This document shows positions 40,301 to 49,936 of a stretch of DNA of 64,000 bases, one piece after another. Under the pieces are notes generated by a model that saw nothing but the letters and a program-made list of their open reading frames with translations, had not been told where the DNA came from and made no database searches. Positions within the stretch are counted from its first letter, which is position 1. Every line of letters starts with the position of its first letter. The DNA is from Candidatus Bathyarchaeia archaeon (GTDB lineage: Archaea > Thermoproteota > CALKCG01 > B24), in NCBI GenBank assembly GCA_038870975.1, contig JAVZJD010000002.1, positions 416,001-480,000 of the forward strand, in the 5' to 3' direction. The position numbers were made by a program, and so were the translations under genes.

Positions 40301-42023
40301 AGAGAATTGAAAGATAAGCGGAGAAGGCACCGACCTAGCTTTCGGTACGCAGTTGCATCTAAAGAGAGAATTGAAAGCACGACTAGAACCCACATCGCCA
40401 CCCATCGGTGACCGTGATGTTGCATCTAAAGAGAGAATTGAAAGAGAAGGTGAAGGCTTGGAGACGCGCGTCTTGAGGCTTCACGTTGCATCTAAAGAGA
40501 GAATTGAAAGGAATATACTGCGAGTGAGTGCAGCCCGGGGCTGGGCTTCCGTTGCATCTAAAGAGAGAATTGAAAGTAAATCGAGCCCCTTCGACCAGAC
40601 GCCTTTGACCTTCCAGGTTGCATCTAAAGAGAGAATTGAAAGATGGTCGTGTCCTCCCCCATAGTACCACCACCTTCACGTTTGTTGCATCTAAAGAGAG
40701 AATTGAAAGACCCGTCTGGGGTCTCATGTCTTTTGGTTTTACCCCTCGTTGTTGCATCTAAAGAGAGAATTGAAAGTGATAGCCGTTAAAACGCTATGCG
40801 AGCGCGAAGGCGTACCGTTGCATCTAAAGAGAGAATTGAAAGGAGCCCTCCACGGAGCAACACGTAGCTCATAACCATGCCCGTTGCATCTAAAGAGAGA
40901 ATTGAAAGTTCTTCTGCTCCCTCAGCCATTCTTTTACCACCATCCTTATGTTGCATCTAAAGAGAGAATTGAAAGAACAGAGTTCATGGGCGTCAACATA
41001 CTTATAAGCAACTGTTGCATCTAAAGAGAGAATTGAAAGTGAGACACAACTATCGTCAAAGGTTGTATGAAAATTTGTAGTTGCATCTAAAGAGAGAATT
41101 GAAAGGCTGCAGTCTTTCCAGAACCCCAGCGCTTTCAGGCTGTTGCATCTAAAGAGAGAATTGAAAGTTGAGAGTCTGCAGGTTCTGCTACCGCGACCTC
41201 TCAGGTTGCATCTAAAGAGAGAATTGAAAGACCATTTCTCAGCTCATTCAATTCCGCTTCTTTCGCGAGTGTTGCATCTAAAGAGAGAATTGAAAGGAGA
41301 AATCTATCAGATAGAAAAATAAAATAACCGTAGTAACCGTTGCATCTAAAGAGAGAATTGAAAGACAATAGGGGGAAAGCTGAAGGTAAGCCTGAGATAA
41401 CTAAAGTTGCATCTAAAGAGAGAATTGAAAGTAGCCTCTGGGCTGTATGAGGTCGTTCAGCTCATCTATACTGTTGCATCTAAAGAGAGAATTGAAAGTC
41501 AGCATGAACCAGCGCCTGACGTATCGGGGCGATATTCCGTTGCATCTAAAGAGAGAATTGAAAGAATATCCTTCGGTATCATTAGCCACCCCAATTTAGC
41601 ATTGTTGCATCTAAAGAGAGAATTGAAAGATCACCTGGCACCGCAACGAGGCTTAATTCACGGAACTGTAGTTGCATCTAAAGAGAGAATTGAAAGATGC
41701 TTATACGCTTCTCCTCGGAGTCTTTGATAAGCTTAGTTGCATCTAAAGAGAGAATTGAAAGAATCCGTAGTCTTCATCGTCGAAATCCAATGTAAACCAT
41801 GTTGCATCTAAAGAGAGAATTGAAAGTGCGATGCTCTTGAGGCGCTCCTCCTCTTTTAGACGCGCCGTTGCATCTAAAGAGAGAATTGAAAGGAGAAGTT
41901 GAGAATTCTGCAATAGTAACGTTTTATGTAAGTTGCATCTAAAGAGAGAATTGAAAGACACCTCCGGCAACGGTACTCCTCGTAGGGCTCACCTGCGGTT
42001 GCATCTAAAGAGAGAATTGAGTT
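37382..42023 (+). CRISPR. CRISPR array 2: 71 repeats / 70 spacers, same 26-bp repeat; terminal repeat degenerate
   Basis: Manual count; last repeat ends ...AATTGAGTT, marking the trailer end. Confidence 0.98.
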
Positions 42024-42124
42024 GTCTAGTGTGGTCTTTGTTAAATGCAGTATGCATCATTTACAACGGGTAAAGATTAATTAATACTATTAGTAAAGTA
42101 AAAAAACGGGAAGTTGGATTAAAC

Positions 42125-42787
42125 TTGATTGGACGCTTAATTATAGCTACAGTGGGATTTGAAGAGAAGTTCATAGTAAGGTTTATGATATCTAGTCGCC
42201 TGGGTATAGAGTCTGAGGACTTACTACTTCTCACAATACCGATTACAAGCGATTCTAGGTCAAGGGAAACCGTAGAAATAATTAAAAAACTTTCATCAGA
42301 TTACGATATAAAACTACGCATAGAAGTTTTAAACGTTGACATAAATTATTTTTGGTTTTCAGTCGGCAAGATTAGGAGAACAATAGAAGATATTTTAAGC
42401 AGATTTACGCCGAGGGAAGTCATAGTATTGTTAAGTGGAGGCATGAGGGCGTTAATATTAGAAACACTAGTAGGATGTTTCCTCACGGGATTAAAAGGAA
42501 GGGTGGTAGTTCATAGGGAAGATTCCGAAGGGTACGTTGAATTTCCATTAGAAGTTTTAAAAATGGTAAACCCTCCAACAGAGCATAGAAAGGCATTAGA
42601 TATTATACGGAGAAGTCTCAAAGAAGACCGAATGACTTTAAAAATGCTGGCTGAAAGATTAGGCACCTCAAAAGCCTCTGCTTATAGGATCGTTCGAGAA
42701 CTCAAAAATCTGGGATTAGTAGAAGTCGAACATAAGGGTAGGGCGTCAAGAATCACCCTTACCGAAAAATCTCAACTTTTCTTGTGA
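42125..42787 (+). CDS. csa3: Csa3 CARF-wHTH transcriptional regulator
   Basis: IATVGFEEKF, LLSGGMRALI, C-terminal wHTH. Confidence 0.92.
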   Translation: MIGRLIIATVGFEEKFIVRFMISSRLGIESEDLLLLTIPITSDSRSRETVEIIKKLSSDYDIKLRIEVLNVDINYFWFSVGKIRRTIEDILSRFTPREVIVLLSGGMRALILETLVGCFLTGLKGRVVVHREDSEGYVEFPLEVLKMVNPPTEHRKALDIIRRSLKEDRMTLKMLAERLGTSKASAYRIVRELKNLGLVEVEHKGRASRITLTEKSQLFL

Positions 42788-42905
42788 GATAAGAATGTTT
42801 TAAGTTTTCTTGATCCATAAAAAATATTCAAAAATTTGAAATCATTTATATTTCTAATGAGACAAAACTTAAATAGAATGCGGGAAAATAATTATTCGGT
42901 GGAGA

Positions 42906-43301
42906 ATGACAAGTAGGGAAATATTGGAAGAAGTAAAGAAGGTTGCTAAATTCCTAGGTTTTTTCACAGAAGCTAGAATTTACGGTCCGATAGATAAACT
43001 AGCAAAACCCTTCACCTATAACGATGTAGTATCGGCATTAAACGACGCCTTACGTCAAGCTAAAGTTCTAGTGGAGACATCCCATGAAGAGAACATTAGC
43101 GGAAGAACTCTAAGAGTAATAGAAGCCTCTAGAGGACGGAAGTTAAAAGCTCCTTACATCCCTGGAAGCGAAGACTTAGAGAGGTTTTTAGAACTATGCT
43201 CTGAAGACCTTAAATACGCTAGGGAAGCAGCTTTACTATCATTTACATATGCTTACTCCTACAGAATTACTCCTACTAAGGAAGAGGGGGGTGAACTCTA
43301 A
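42906..43301 (+). CDS. csa5: Type I-A small subunit Csa5 (Cas11)
   Basis: 131 aa helical protein directly before cas7; YGPIDKL, ALNDALR. Confidence 0.8.
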   Translation: MTSREILEEVKKVAKFLGFFTEARIYGPIDKLAKPFTYNDVVSALNDALRQAKVLVETSHEENISGRTLRVIEASRGRKLKAPYIPGSEDLERFLELCSEDLKYAREAALLSFTYAYSYRITPTKEEGGEL

Positions 43302-44332
43302 TGGTATTCCTTTCTCTATCCAGCAGGATGGTAGTTAATGTTGAAGCGTTAAACATGGTAGAATCCGTAGGAAACATTTCTAGACATAGAAGGGCTACAA
43401 TAATACTTCAGACAAAAGACGGTTTTGAAAAAACAGAAGTGCCAGCTATAAGCGGGGAAACCATTGCTCACGCTTACCAAGAATCTCTCATTAAAGTAGC
43501 AAATGCGACTTACGCTGGAAAACCACCAGTATGCAAGTGGTGTGCTAGAGGAGAGTTGTTCAAAGAAATGGACGAGAGACATATGATAGATGAGGTAAAG
43601 AATTTAAAAGAAGAAGGTGAAAAGTATGCCCATGAATTCGAAAAAACCGTTGTAAAAAACTGTTTAGTCGAAGATATAGGGGGCTTCCTAAAGGCTGAAG
43701 CACCACCAGTACGTAGAACATCTAGGTTTCAAGTAAGTTACATGGTACCCGCAATAGACGCCGTAATTTACAGTAACTTAGAGGCACAATTCCACGCTAG
43801 ACATGCTCCCAGTGAGCCGACAAAAGCTGAAGAAGCGCGAGCCGCTCAAATGATATACTACGTGGAAACTGGCAGTGCCGTTTACAGTTTAATGTTTAAC
43901 TTAGACATAGATGGTATAGGCTGTACAAGCCTAGTGGAGAGAGCACCAGCAGTAGATGAAGATGAAAGAAAGAGACGTATACGGGTGGCTCTTGGTGCAC
44001 TGTTAAACCTACTCAGTAGTAGCGACTATGGAGCTAAACGTACTAGATTTTTACCATTCATAGAAGTAAAAAGCCTCTTATTAGCAATTTCCCATCCACT
44101 ACCTTTCACCCCCATACCTCCCGCATCCAAACAATACATAAAGGATACCATTGGCAAAATGGTCAATTTCACACATGCCTATGAAAAGTTGAAGTTAAAT
44201 GAAACCGTCAAACTATACGCCTTTTCTAAAGAAGTGCCTATTGAAAAAGCACCAAATGTAGAATTGGTGAGCTCTGTAGAAGAGGCTTTCAATAAAGTTA
44301 TGGATTATGTAAATGAACAACTAAAACTGTAA
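43301..44332 (+). CDS. cas7: Type I-A Cas7 (Csa2)
   Basis: NVEALNMVESVGN.SRHR, VPAISGE, EDIGGFL, VRRTS, GAKRTRFLP. Confidence 0.95.
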   Translation: MVFLSLSSRMVVNVEALNMVESVGNISRHRRATIILQTKDGFEKTEVPAISGETIAHAYQESLIKVANATYAGKPPVCKWCARGELFKEMDERHMIDEVKNLKEEGEKYAHEFEKTVVKNCLVEDIGGFLKAEAPPVRRTSRFQVSYMVPAIDAVIYSNLEAQFHARHAPSEPTKAEEARAAQMIYYVETGSAVYSLMFNLDIDGIGCTSLVERAPAVDEDERKRRIRVALGALLNLLSSSDYGAKRTRFLPFIEVKSLLLAISHPLPFTPIPPASKQYIKDTIGKMVNFTHAYEKLKLNETVKLYAFSKEVPIEKAPNVELVSSVEEAFNKVMDYVNEQLKL

Positions 44333-44342
44333 TGGTGGTTTA

Positions 44343-45143
44343 ATGCCCCCCAATTTTTTCTTTGTTTTAAAAGTTAGACTAGCCTTAAGTTGGGGATTCG
44401 CATCCAGAGTTACTCTCTTTAGCAAGACTAGGAAAGCATTAAGCATTCCTCCTCCAACAACCTTGATAGGAGCTTTAGCATACCCCCTAACCATATATAA
44501 AAAATCGCCTGAAAATATAAGCTTAAATTTAAGCTCAGCATCCCTCTTTAAAGGCTTAATTATATCCGTTCACGCCTCTTTAAAGTCCCTATTCTCTTAT
44601 TATGGAGATATAAATAGAGTCAACTGGTATCACAAGCCAGTACGACTGGCTAAAAGCGACGCCGTAAGTTTAGAGAAGGTTTACTTAACACCTATGGAGG
44701 ATTCCATATATCCTCTGCTAGATTCCATATACGTGTTTAACCCTAAAGTCGGAGGGAAAATCTCAGAATTCAACTGGCAGGAAACGTTAGAATGTTTAGC
44801 TTGGTCCATAACTAGAATAGGTCCTAGAGAGGGTTTGGTGTCTCCTCTTGAAGTGAAAACAGACATTCTTGAACCACAACACTTAAAAGAGGTGGAAACG
44901 GACTACTACTTCCCACTTAACCTCGTTGAAGAAGTTATCGAGGGAGAATTTACATTAGAACGTTTTATTCCTCCAATTTTAGAAATCGGAGAATACTCGG
45001 AAGATTCTAAGATTCCCTATATAGTACCCATATCCCTAGTTAAAAGTAAACCGTCTAAACTACGGGTAAGACTTAAAGATGAAGCATTAGTTATGGATTT
45101 CAAGGGAGAGAAAATCATTCTAGACTCTAGGTGGTTAAGATGA
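44343..45143 (+). CDS. cas5: Type I-A Cas5
   Basis: WGFASR, IPPPTTLIGAL, ITRIGPREG. Confidence 0.92.
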   Translation: MPPNFFFVLKVRLALSWGFASRVTLFSKTRKALSIPPPTTLIGALAYPLTIYKKSPENISLNLSSASLFKGLIISVHASLKSLFSYYGDINRVNWYHKPVRLAKSDAVSLEKVYLTPMEDSIYPLLDSIYVFNPKVGGKISEFNWQETLECLAWSITRIGPREGLVSPLEVKTDILEPQHLKEVETDYYFPLNLVEEVIEGEFTLERFIPPILEIGEYSEDSKIPYIVPISLVKSKPSKLRVRLKDEALVMDFKGEKIILDSRWLR

Positions 45144-46315
45144 TAGAAGTAACAGTAAAGCTACCTCCAAGTGGCTCCACAGCTAGATCGTTAGTGGTTG
45201 ATTTTTTAGCAAGAGTTATACCAAATGAGAATATTCAAATTTCTAAATGGCAGGAAGACACAGTTATTTTGTCAGCAGTTTTAAAAGCCCATTTAGAAGA
45301 CGCTATAAATGGTGAAATAAACGCACTTGGTAGAGAGCTTCTAGGTAAAATAGGGGATTATAGGCTAAGAGACTTCCCCATACACATAAACGATAGAAAA
45401 ATGTTGGAGAAACTTCTGGAGAGGAAGATCGAGAAAAGATCTTTCTCCGAAACTGTTGCAGAGATTTTGCAAAATACTTATTTAACTTTCAAAGACCTTG
45501 AAGAACTCTCTAAAATAGTATACAAAACTGGTCGTAATGATGTTTCCATAATATACGGCTCCTATGGCGACCTACCGGTTCCTCAACCCTTACTTACTGA
45601 GAGATTTGAATCTAGTTATGCTTTCATGCACGGAACCGGTGGTAAAAGTCTAAAGATTCGGGGGACAAAACCATGGATCATACTATTACTTTCAGGGTAC
45701 GCTTTATCTTATGCCGGGTATTCAAAAGACACTATAAATTATATACATGTACATGAGCCGACGTTAAGGGATTCGGAATTAGCTAGGTTTATAGCGTCAT
45801 CAGATGGATTAATACCTCATCTTACGAAATTAAATGTACCTTTAACTCCAAAAACAGCTTACATATTGTACATAGCCTCAGACATAGCTGAAAAGGCACA
45901 AGAACAAGCAAGATTAGAGGAAATAGTAAAAGGTAGACGATTTCAAATAGAGTTTGAAAGGGTCAGAAGGAGTTTAACAACTTACACCACTATCGAAAGG
46001 TTCGTAGCAGATTTATACTCCATTCTCTTAAAACTCTTAAAACTAAATAAAGGAAGTATTTCTTGGATAAATCAAGTTTCACGTGAATGTCTTTTCGGAC
46101 GAGTTGACCCCTCCATGTATAGCGTATACTTACATTTGATATCATTACTGTATAACACCTTTACAGGCTCAGGAGACCCCATTGATACGTTGTACTTCAT
46201 GGGAAGAGTCTTCTGTGAAAAATACGAGAGGGAAAGTAAAAGGAGAGACAGCTATGAATTCGCAGAGAGAACCAGGAGCGTTATAAGAGATATGACAAAA
46301 GTACTTCTAATGTGA
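45131..46315 (+). CDS. Probable type I-A large subunit Cas8a (divergent)
   Basis: Position between cas5 and cas3' and size; no strong motif recognised. Confidence 0.6.
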   Translation: MVKMIEVTVKLPPSGSTARSLVVDFLARVIPNENIQISKWQEDTVILSAVLKAHLEDAINGEINALGRELLGKIGDYRLRDFPIHINDRKMLEKLLERKIEKRSFSETVAEILQNTYLTFKDLEELSKIVYKTGRNDVSIIYGSYGDLPVPQPLLTERFESSYAFMHGTGGKSLKIRGTKPWIILLLSGYALSYAGYSKDTINYIHVHEPTLRDSELARFIASSDGLIPHLTKLNVPLTPKTAYILYIASDIAEKAQEQARLEEIVKGRRFQIEFERVRRSLTTYTTIERFVADLYSILLKLLKLNKGSISWINQVSRECLFGRVDPSMYSVYLHLISLLYNTFTGSGDPIDTLYFMGRVFCEKYERESKRRDSYEFAERTRSVIRDMTKVLLM

Positions 46316-48045
46316 GAGAAATGGAAATAGATGATGCCTATAACTACGTGATCTCCAACCTTACTCGGAAAGTAAGCGATAGACCTGGAATGTTAGAGAC
46401 TGTAAAAGAAGCTTGCAAGGGTAAAAATGTGGTGCTTTCAGCTCCTCCAGGGTATGGAAAAACAAACATACCTTATACTCTTGCTTACCTATCCTCTAAA
46501 AGTTTAGGCCCTTGGGCTCCCCATACCATTCACATACTTCCACTTAGAAGCATAATCGAAGACGTGTATAGAAGGCTTTTCTCCGAAGATGGAAGACCAT
46601 TAATTAAAGAACTGAATAGACATCGGGTAGCCAAACAGATGTTGGGTTCATCCGAATCCCCCTATTTGCAGAAAAGTCTAGTATTAACAACTATAGACAC
46701 GTATCTTCTTTCAGCTATTAGAGTCCCGCCAGGGGATCATATTAAAATAGGTAGAGGAGTAAGTATGGGCCATGGAGAATACACAAGAGCGGCTCTTCTA
46801 GCCTCAAACTCCGTTTTTGATGAAGTTCAACTTCTCCTAGAAGAGGGGGGAAAGCTTACAGCAGCTTTTATCAGCATTATAAAGTTCCTATCTTATACTA
46901 AAACCCCCTTCATAATAATGTCAGCTACCGTTCCAAATCGTCTAAGCGAATTTTTAATTAATTACGGCATAGAGTTCAAACTGCTTAAGTATGGCGTAGA
47001 TTTTAAGAGTCCTGAATTTGAAAACATTGAAATCTCCAAACGCGTAGGTTTCCATAGGGAAACCCTCGATAGTAGAGAAGAGTACATATCAACAGTGGTG
47101 AAACATGTTAAAGAGTTCGCATCAGCTGAAAAGATACTAGTAGTTTCCAACACCGTTAAAAAGACCGTGGAGATAGCTAAAAGGCTAGAGATGGATTTAG
47201 GTGAAAAACCCATAGTTCTACATAGCAAAGTAATCGCGAAAGACAGAAGAAGTAGGCTTGAAAAAATAGCCAAAACCAACAATTGGATTATAACGTCTAC
47301 GCAGGTCGTAGAAGCTGGTATGGATATATCGGCTAGAGCTCTGATAACAGAGGTAGCCACTCCTTCCGCTATTATCCAGAGGGCTGGTAGACTATTGAGG
47401 AAAAATGAAGAGGAGGGGGAAATGGTGATATTATACGATGAGTCGGAAATACATGAGGGTGGATATTACTCTGTATATCCCTTAAACCTGGTTAATTCCG
47501 CTCATAGTATTCTAGGAGAGATTGGAAAAGATATCCAATGGCATATTCCCATAGTGGAAAGTGAAAATAAAATAGGATATGAGGAATTTTTAGAAAAAGC
47601 TTATGAAGAGGCCGAGTTTGAAATATCATTTGACAAGGAAATATCTGATAGAATTGGGAAAATGATGTTTCTATTAAACGTTAGTCCTAAAGATACTTTG
47701 AGAGTTTTAGAGGACTATGGTAGTTTGACAAGAGAACAACCTTTAATTTTAGGTATAGTTGATTATAAGGATTTCTTTAAACAAAATCAGGAATATGAGT
47801 CAGATGATGAAGAGATAGAACAATTCTTTAATGAATATAGTTTTCCATTGACTATTATTGATGTGATAACGTTAATTAAAAATAATTGTCTTATTCTTAA
47901 ACTTCATGACAGCAAATTATTCTGTTTAAATTCTAAAAATGTTATAAGAAGATTTTCTGTTGGAGAATTAAGAGATGTGATAGCCTTTATCATACCCATG
48001 GAGTTCTATGATAATTCATACGGTTTCATAGGTGCATTTTCATGA
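46312..48045 (+). CDS. cas3: Cas3' helicase
   Basis: APPGYGKT, FDEVQ, MSAT, STQVVEAGMD, QRAGR. Confidence 0.95.
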   Translation: MREMEIDDAYNYVISNLTRKVSDRPGMLETVKEACKGKNVVLSAPPGYGKTNIPYTLAYLSSKSLGPWAPHTIHILPLRSIIEDVYRRLFSEDGRPLIKELNRHRVAKQMLGSSESPYLQKSLVLTTIDTYLLSAIRVPPGDHIKIGRGVSMGHGEYTRAALLASNSVFDEVQLLLEEGGKLTAAFISIIKFLSYTKTPFIIMSATVPNRLSEFLINYGIEFKLLKYGVDFKSPEFENIEISKRVGFHRETLDSREEYISTVVKHVKEFASAEKILVVSNTVKKTVEIAKRLEMDLGEKPIVLHSKVIAKDRRSRLEKIAKTNNWIITSTQVVEAGMDISARALITEVATPSAIIQRAGRLLRKNEEEGEMVILYDESEIHEGGYYSVYPLNLVNSAHSILGEIGKDIQWHIPIVESENKIGYEEFLEKAYEEAEFEISFDKEISDRIGKMMFLLNVSPKDTLRVLEDYGSLTREQPLILGIVDYKDFFKQNQEYESDDEEIEQFFNEYSFPLTIIDVITLIKNNCLILKLHDSKLFCLNSKNVIRRFSVGELRDVIAFIIPMEFYDNSYGFIGAFS

Positions 48046-48758
48046 AAATATATGCTTATAATGATGGAGATAGGGTTGAGACGTTAGAAAGACATATAAC
48101 TGCTGGGTTACGGTATATGCAAGAAATATATTTGAAGAATATGTACCATAGACATATTTCCAAAAGGTTGAACGTAAGCGACGAAGATTCAATAAATTTA
48201 TTAAAAGTTGCATACATGCTACATGACCTAGGTAAAGCATATGATCCATTTCAAACTAGAATAATAGAAGGGCATGGTGCTCCCGGGCATGAGGTTCTCT
48301 CATCATATGTAGCTGTAAAGCATTGTAAAGTATTGGATGAAAATCTGACTCGCTCTGTTGCCTTATCCATACTTCTTCATCATCATGCAATGAGGACTCT
48401 AAGTGAAGCATTCATACAGTTCTGCGAAGTAAAGCATTTTACGATTTCTATGGAAAAAGCGGAGTGGCTTAAGAGAAACGTATACGCTGATGTTTTAAAT
48501 TTTCTACCTAATTCTTTAACATCGGAACAGGTCGTGAATGTTCTTATGAGAGAATTGAATCGTCTTATTACGCCTAAATTATCAGAGGGGCTTGGGCAGA
48601 TATATGCAACTGCATACCTTATACTACACCCTTTAATGGTATGTGATAATCTCTCAGCATACACAGCGAAGTTTGGAGGGGATATTGTAAAAGTTGAAGA
48701 CTTAGACCTCGGTAAGTTGAGGAATTGGATCAGAGAGTTCTTATTAAGCGTTTTATAG
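48042..48758 (+). CDS. Cas3'' HD nuclease
   Basis: LERH, LHDLGK, GHE, LLHHH, MVCD. Confidence 0.93.
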   Translation: MKIYAYNDGDRVETLERHITAGLRYMQEIYLKNMYHRHISKRLNVSDEDSINLLKVAYMLHDLGKAYDPFQTRIIEGHGAPGHEVLSSYVAVKHCKVLDENLTRSVALSILLHHHAMRTLSEAFIQFCEVKHFTISMEKAEWLKRNVYADVLNFLPNSLTSEQVVNVLMRELNRLITPKLSEGLGQIYATAYLILHPLMVCDNLSAYTAKFGGDIVKVEDLDLGKLRNWIREFLLSVL

Positions 48759-48767
48759 TCTATATAT

Positions 48768-49682
48768 TTGGTTGAATGCTTCATGACTCAAATCGTAGTA
48801 AGGTTTTCTATAAATTTCACCTCATTATCCAACATAATCATCCCTCCCTTCTCGTCTAAGGTTTCTAGAACTCTCTTCATAAGGATGTTCAATAGGGGTG
48901 TGGAAAAACCCGTGGAGTACTTTTCCAGTGAAAAGTTTGTCTTTAAGCCTTTGATTTTAACCCCGGTCTACTGGATGGATGGGAAGCGTTACCTGTTTAA
49001 AGTAGATGATTCTGAGGGTTTGTCTAAGCCTTTAATCCTCCGGGAGAATACTAAGTACTGCTTCTACGCCGTCTTGATCAGTAGAGGTGGCGGTGAATTG
49101 TCTTCGCTGATTCAAGACTTGGCTCCAAGCTTGAAGCTGGAGCTTTTCAACGGAGAGGTTCTAGTTGAGAATATAGGCGTAGAAGTCAAGTCTTTCGAGG
49201 GCTTCGGATTTAAAGACTCAGATGGACTTATAAGAGTAGAGTTTAAAACGCCAGTCCTCATAAGCTTTCCAAAGTCATGGGTTAAACTCGAAAGGAAGAC
49301 GCCTGCAAGGCATAGTCTATTCCCAATACCGTCGTTTATGATACATGGTTTAGCTGAACACTGGAACAGCTACGCACCTGAGGAGTTGAAAATCCCAAAC
49401 GTAGCTAAGCTGAGGATATACAGCAACTACTCACTCGTTGAGCAAGACTACAGCGTTAAGCCTGTCACGGCGGTATACGATGAGAAGCGTAGACCTAGAG
49501 GATTCATAGGCTGGACCCTATACAAGCATAGGAGGCTGAATCGAAGCCTAGACGAAAGCCTACTAAAACTATTAGACTACGCAAACTACGTAGGCGTCGG
49601 AAGGTCTAGAAGCATAGGCTTCGGAGTCGTAGAAGTAAAACCATACAACTCGAAAACAAGCCAACCCGTAAAAAGACCGTGA
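48768..49682 (+). CDS. cas6: Cas6 endoribonuclease
   Basis: PPFSSKV, FKTP, C-terminal GVGRSRSIGFG loop. Confidence 0.93.
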   Translation: MVECFMTQIVVRFSINFTSLSNIIIPPFSSKVSRTLFIRMFNRGVEKPVEYFSSEKFVFKPLILTPVYWMDGKRYLFKVDDSEGLSKPLILRENTKYCFYAVLISRGGGELSSLIQDLAPSLKLELFNGEVLVENIGVEVKSFEGFGFKDSDGLIRVEFKTPVLISFPKSWVKLERKTPARHSLFPIPSFMIHGLAEHWNSYAPEELKIPNVAKLRIYSNYSLVEQDYSVKPVTAVYDEKRRPRGFIGWTLYKHRRLNRSLDESLLKLLDYANYVGVGRSRSIGFGVVEVKPYNSKTSQPVKRP

Positions 49683-49853
49683 AGAATTAAACATCCCAGA
49701 GTAAAACATCCCCCCTTTAAACACTCAAAGCCATACTACGTAAAATAGCTTAACCGTAAAACCCACGAAGAGAATAAAAACCCGATAAAAAGCAAAACAG
49801 ACTGTAAGAAGAGTAGTGAATACCCAAAAACAACTAGATAGGAGGAGGGGTCT

Positions 49854-49904
49854 AAACATCCATAAAAAACACCATAAAAAACATCCATAAAACACCATAA
49901 AACC
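49854..49904. repeat. Short tandem repeat (AAACA[T]CCATA plus variable A, x4); oligo-T tracts on minus strand, likely terminator
   Basis: Directly visible; about 30 nt past the stop of the minus-strand 49937 gene. Confidence 0.65.
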
Positions 49905-49936
49905 CCCTCTTAAACCACATCTTCAACTACACCACC

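Noticed and set aside
37324-41970. Many ORFs in array 2 (VASKERIE / FNSLFRCN peptides)
   Set aside because: Same repeat artefact.
29544-42023. Self-targeting spacers (10-13-nt matches to e.g. the 14715 and 14810 regions, 360 region and leader)
   Set aside because: Matches are too short. No long match was seen by eye, but an exhaustive BLASTN was not possible.
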